From an uncultured Actinomycetes bacterium (GTDB lineage: Bacteria; Actinomycetota; UBA4738; HRBIN12), in the NCBI GenBank assembly GCA_963810945.1, contig CAWEPI010000008.1, positions 1,238,850-1,302,849 on the forward strand: DNA of 64,000 nucleotides, given 5' to 3'. This document shows, in pieces, positions 62,232 to 64,000 of the stretch; position 1 is the stretch's first letter, and each line of letters starts with the position of its first letter. The notes under the pieces were generated by a model. It was not told where the DNA came from. It worked only from the letters and a program-made list of their open reading frames with translations, and searched no databases. The position numbers and the translations under genes are program-made.

Positions 62232-63355
62232 GGATCCCCGTGGCGCGCGAGCACCGGCCACACGTCGGCCACGCGGCCGTCCTCGACGACGTGGTAGGCG
62301 CCGAACAGGTTGACCGTGGTGGGCGCGTAGCCCGGGACGATGTGCACGCGGTCGCCGACGGCGCCCGGAGCCTCGCCGTCGTAGCGGAAGCCCGCGTGCT
62401 CCTCGTGGACGAACGCGAGGGTGGCGCGCGGGTCCGGCGGCTCGAGCGGGCGCAGGCTCGTGTCCACCGCCTTGCGCCCGGCGTCGAGCACCAGCAGATC
62501 GCCGTGGCGCCCGATCACGGTCGCCATCACGGTGAGCGCGAAGCCGAACCCGTCGACGAGCGGCGCGTGGAAGTGGTCCATCAGCACGTAGGAGCCGGCC
62601 TGCACCTCGGTGACACCCGGCGCGGCGCCGGTGACCTCGAACGTGCCGGTCGCGCCCGCCGAGACCATCCCGACGTCGAGGCCCGCGCCGCGGCACGCGT
62701 CGGCGACCTCGGCGAGGCGCGCCATCGCCCTCGCGGCCTCGGCCGCGCGCAGGGCCGCGTCGGGCTCGCTCGCGCAGTGACCCTCGTAGCCCATCAGCCC
62801 GTCGAAGGCGACGCCGTCGGTCGCGGCCGCGAGCTCGGCCAGGCGCAGCGCCTCCTCGGTGCTCCGCGCGCCGCCGCGGTCGAGGCCGACGTCCACGTCG
62901 ACGAGTACGCCCAGCTCCGCGCCCGCCTGGACGGCCGCGCGCCCCGTCGCCGCGAGCACCTCGGCGTCGTCCACGGCCACGCGGATCCGCGCGGTGCGCG
63001 CCGCCTCCGCGAGCCGCGCGATCGCGACCGGCGAGACCACCTCGCTCGCCACCAGCACGTCGGGCACGCCGGCCTCGGCCATCGCCACCGCCTCGGCGAC
63101 CGTCGCCGTCGTGACGCCAAGCGCCCCCGCGTCGAGCTGCAGCCGGGCGAGCTCGGCGCTCTTGTGCACCTTGATGTGGGGCCGCAGGCCCGCGGGCAGC
63201 GCCGCCATCCGCGCGGCCATCGTCTCGACGTTGCGGCGCGCGACGGCCGGGTCCAGGACGAGCGCGGGCGTCACGATCTCCTCGAGGGGGCGCCCGACGT
63301 CGCCGCGCAGCCTCCGCACCCGGGGGTCGGTCTCGAGGCGGCGCGACCCGACCAC
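62228..63355 (-). CDS. alanine-racemase-N-domain / D-serine-dehydratase-like (DSD1 family) PLP enzyme
   Basis: PLP-binding lysine context (HIKVHKS), TIM-barrel N-domain and C-terminal beta domain. 375 aa. Confidence 0.8.
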   Translation of the reverse strand: MVGSRRLETDPRVRRLRGDVGRPLEEIVTPALVLDPAVARRNVETMAARMAALPAGLRPHIKVHKSAELARLQLDAGALGVTTATVAEAVAMAEAGVPDVLVASEVVSPVAIARLAEAARTARIRVAVDDAEVLAATGRAAVQAGAELGVLVDVDVGLDRGGARSTEEALRLAELAAATDGVAFDGLMGYEGHCASEPDAALRAAEAARAMARLAEVADACRGAGLDVGMVSAGATGTFEVTGAAPGVTEVQAGSYVLMDHFHAPLVDGFGFALTVMATVIGRHGDLLVLDAGRKAVDTSLRPLEPPDPRATLAFVHEEHAGFRYDGEAPGAVGDRVHIVPGYAPTTVNLFGAYHVVEDGRVADVWPVLARHGDP

Positions 63356-63367
63356 GGCGGCCTCGGC

Positions 63368-64000
63368 TCAGAGCTCGGGGCCGACGGGGGTGATCATGAG
63401 CTCGCTCACCGCGACGCCCTCCGGCTGCGAGAGCGCGAACACCACCGCGCGCGCGACGTCGGCCGTCGAGAGCGACGCGAACCGCTCGAGCTCGTCGCGC
63501 CCCTCCTCGGACTCGCGCACGAGCGGCGTGTCGACGATGCCCGGCTCGATCATCGTCACGCGCACGTTGTGCGCCATCGCCTCCTTGCGCAGCGCCCAGC
63601 CGAACCCCACCACGCCCCACTTCGTGGCGATGTAGATGGGCTCGCCCACCCACGTCTGGCGTCCCGCGATCGAGGCCATCAGCACGAGGTGGCCGCGCCC
63701 GTGCTCCTTCATGTGGGGGTAGGTGGCGCGCACGGTGTGCATCACACCCAGGAGGTTCGTCTCGACGACGCGACGCCACGCGTCGGGGTCGCCGTCGTGG
63801 ATCGAGCTGTAGCTGCCGATGCCGGCGTTCGCGACGGCGAAGTCGATCGTGCCGAACCGGTCGATGCACGCGGACGCGAGGGCCTCGACGCTCGTCCAGT
63901 CCCGGACGTCGGTCACCTGGGTCGCGGCCTCGCCCCCGGCCTCCTCGATCTTGGCGGCGACCTCCCGCAGAGCGGCCCTCGTCGACGTCGGCGAGCATGA
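63368..64000 (-). CDS. SDR-family oxidoreductase (N-terminus outside window)
   Basis: C-terminal two-thirds of an SDR (NAGIG, YIATKWGVVGF catalytic Y/K). The reading frame stays open to the window end. Confidence 0.7.
   Translation of the reverse strand, partial: SCSPTSTRAALREVAAKIEEAGGEAATQVTDVRDWTSVEALASACIDRFGTIDFAVANAGIGSYSSIHDGDPDAWRRVVETNLLGVMHTVRATYPHMKEHGRGHLVLMASIAGRQTWVGEPIYIATKWGVVGFGWALRKEAMAHNVRVTMIEPGIVDTPLVRESEEGRDELERFASLSTADVARAVVFALSQPEGVAVSELMITPVGPEL

Noticed and set aside
1-64000. CRISPR arrays, insertion sequences, integrases, prophage genes
   Set aside because: No repeat-spacer periodicity and no transposase, integrase or phage-structural signatures in any frame.

Overview
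High-GC (~70%) actinobacterial chromosomal segment, densely coding on both strands, with about 75 genes. No rRNA, tRNA, CRISPR, transposase or integrase is recognisable.

Main content:
- Redox and oxidoreductase enzymes: flavin-containing monooxygenase, two PPOX-family F420-dependent enzymes, an LLM-class F420-dependent oxidoreductase, acyl-CoA dehydrogenase, two SDRs, an FAD-linked oxidase, and a sulfite-oxidase-like molybdopterin enzyme.
- Three two-component systems plus one orphan sensor kinase.
- A sugar ABC uptake operon (SBP-ATPase-permease) and an ABC-2 exporter next to a NarL-type two-component system.
- Split transketolase genes (N and C subunits) convergent with a TPP-dependent E1 alpha/beta pair, with a GntR/FadR regulator beside them.
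- A secreted enzyme set: S1 protease, polysaccharide deacetylase, GH114, SMP-30/gluconolactonase, and hemolysin-type, delta-60 and beta-propeller repeat proteins.
- DNA metabolism genes: a RecQ-family helicase with a ComF-like phosphoribosyltransferase tail, DinB and NUDIX.
- An ApbE flavin-transferase operon with a ferric-reductase-like membrane protein.

The most striking global property is that at least 15 otherwise well-conserved genes are broken by about 20 single-nucleotide indels in total. These are either real gene decay or homopolymer indel errors in the assembly. My coordinates for such genes span the reconstructed full gene.

Other observations: two short duplicated gene remnants (rearrangement scars), a ~300-bp lower-GC non-coding segment, a small protein with four tandem DFARGER repeats, and a shared palindromic operator in front of two TPP-enzyme operons.
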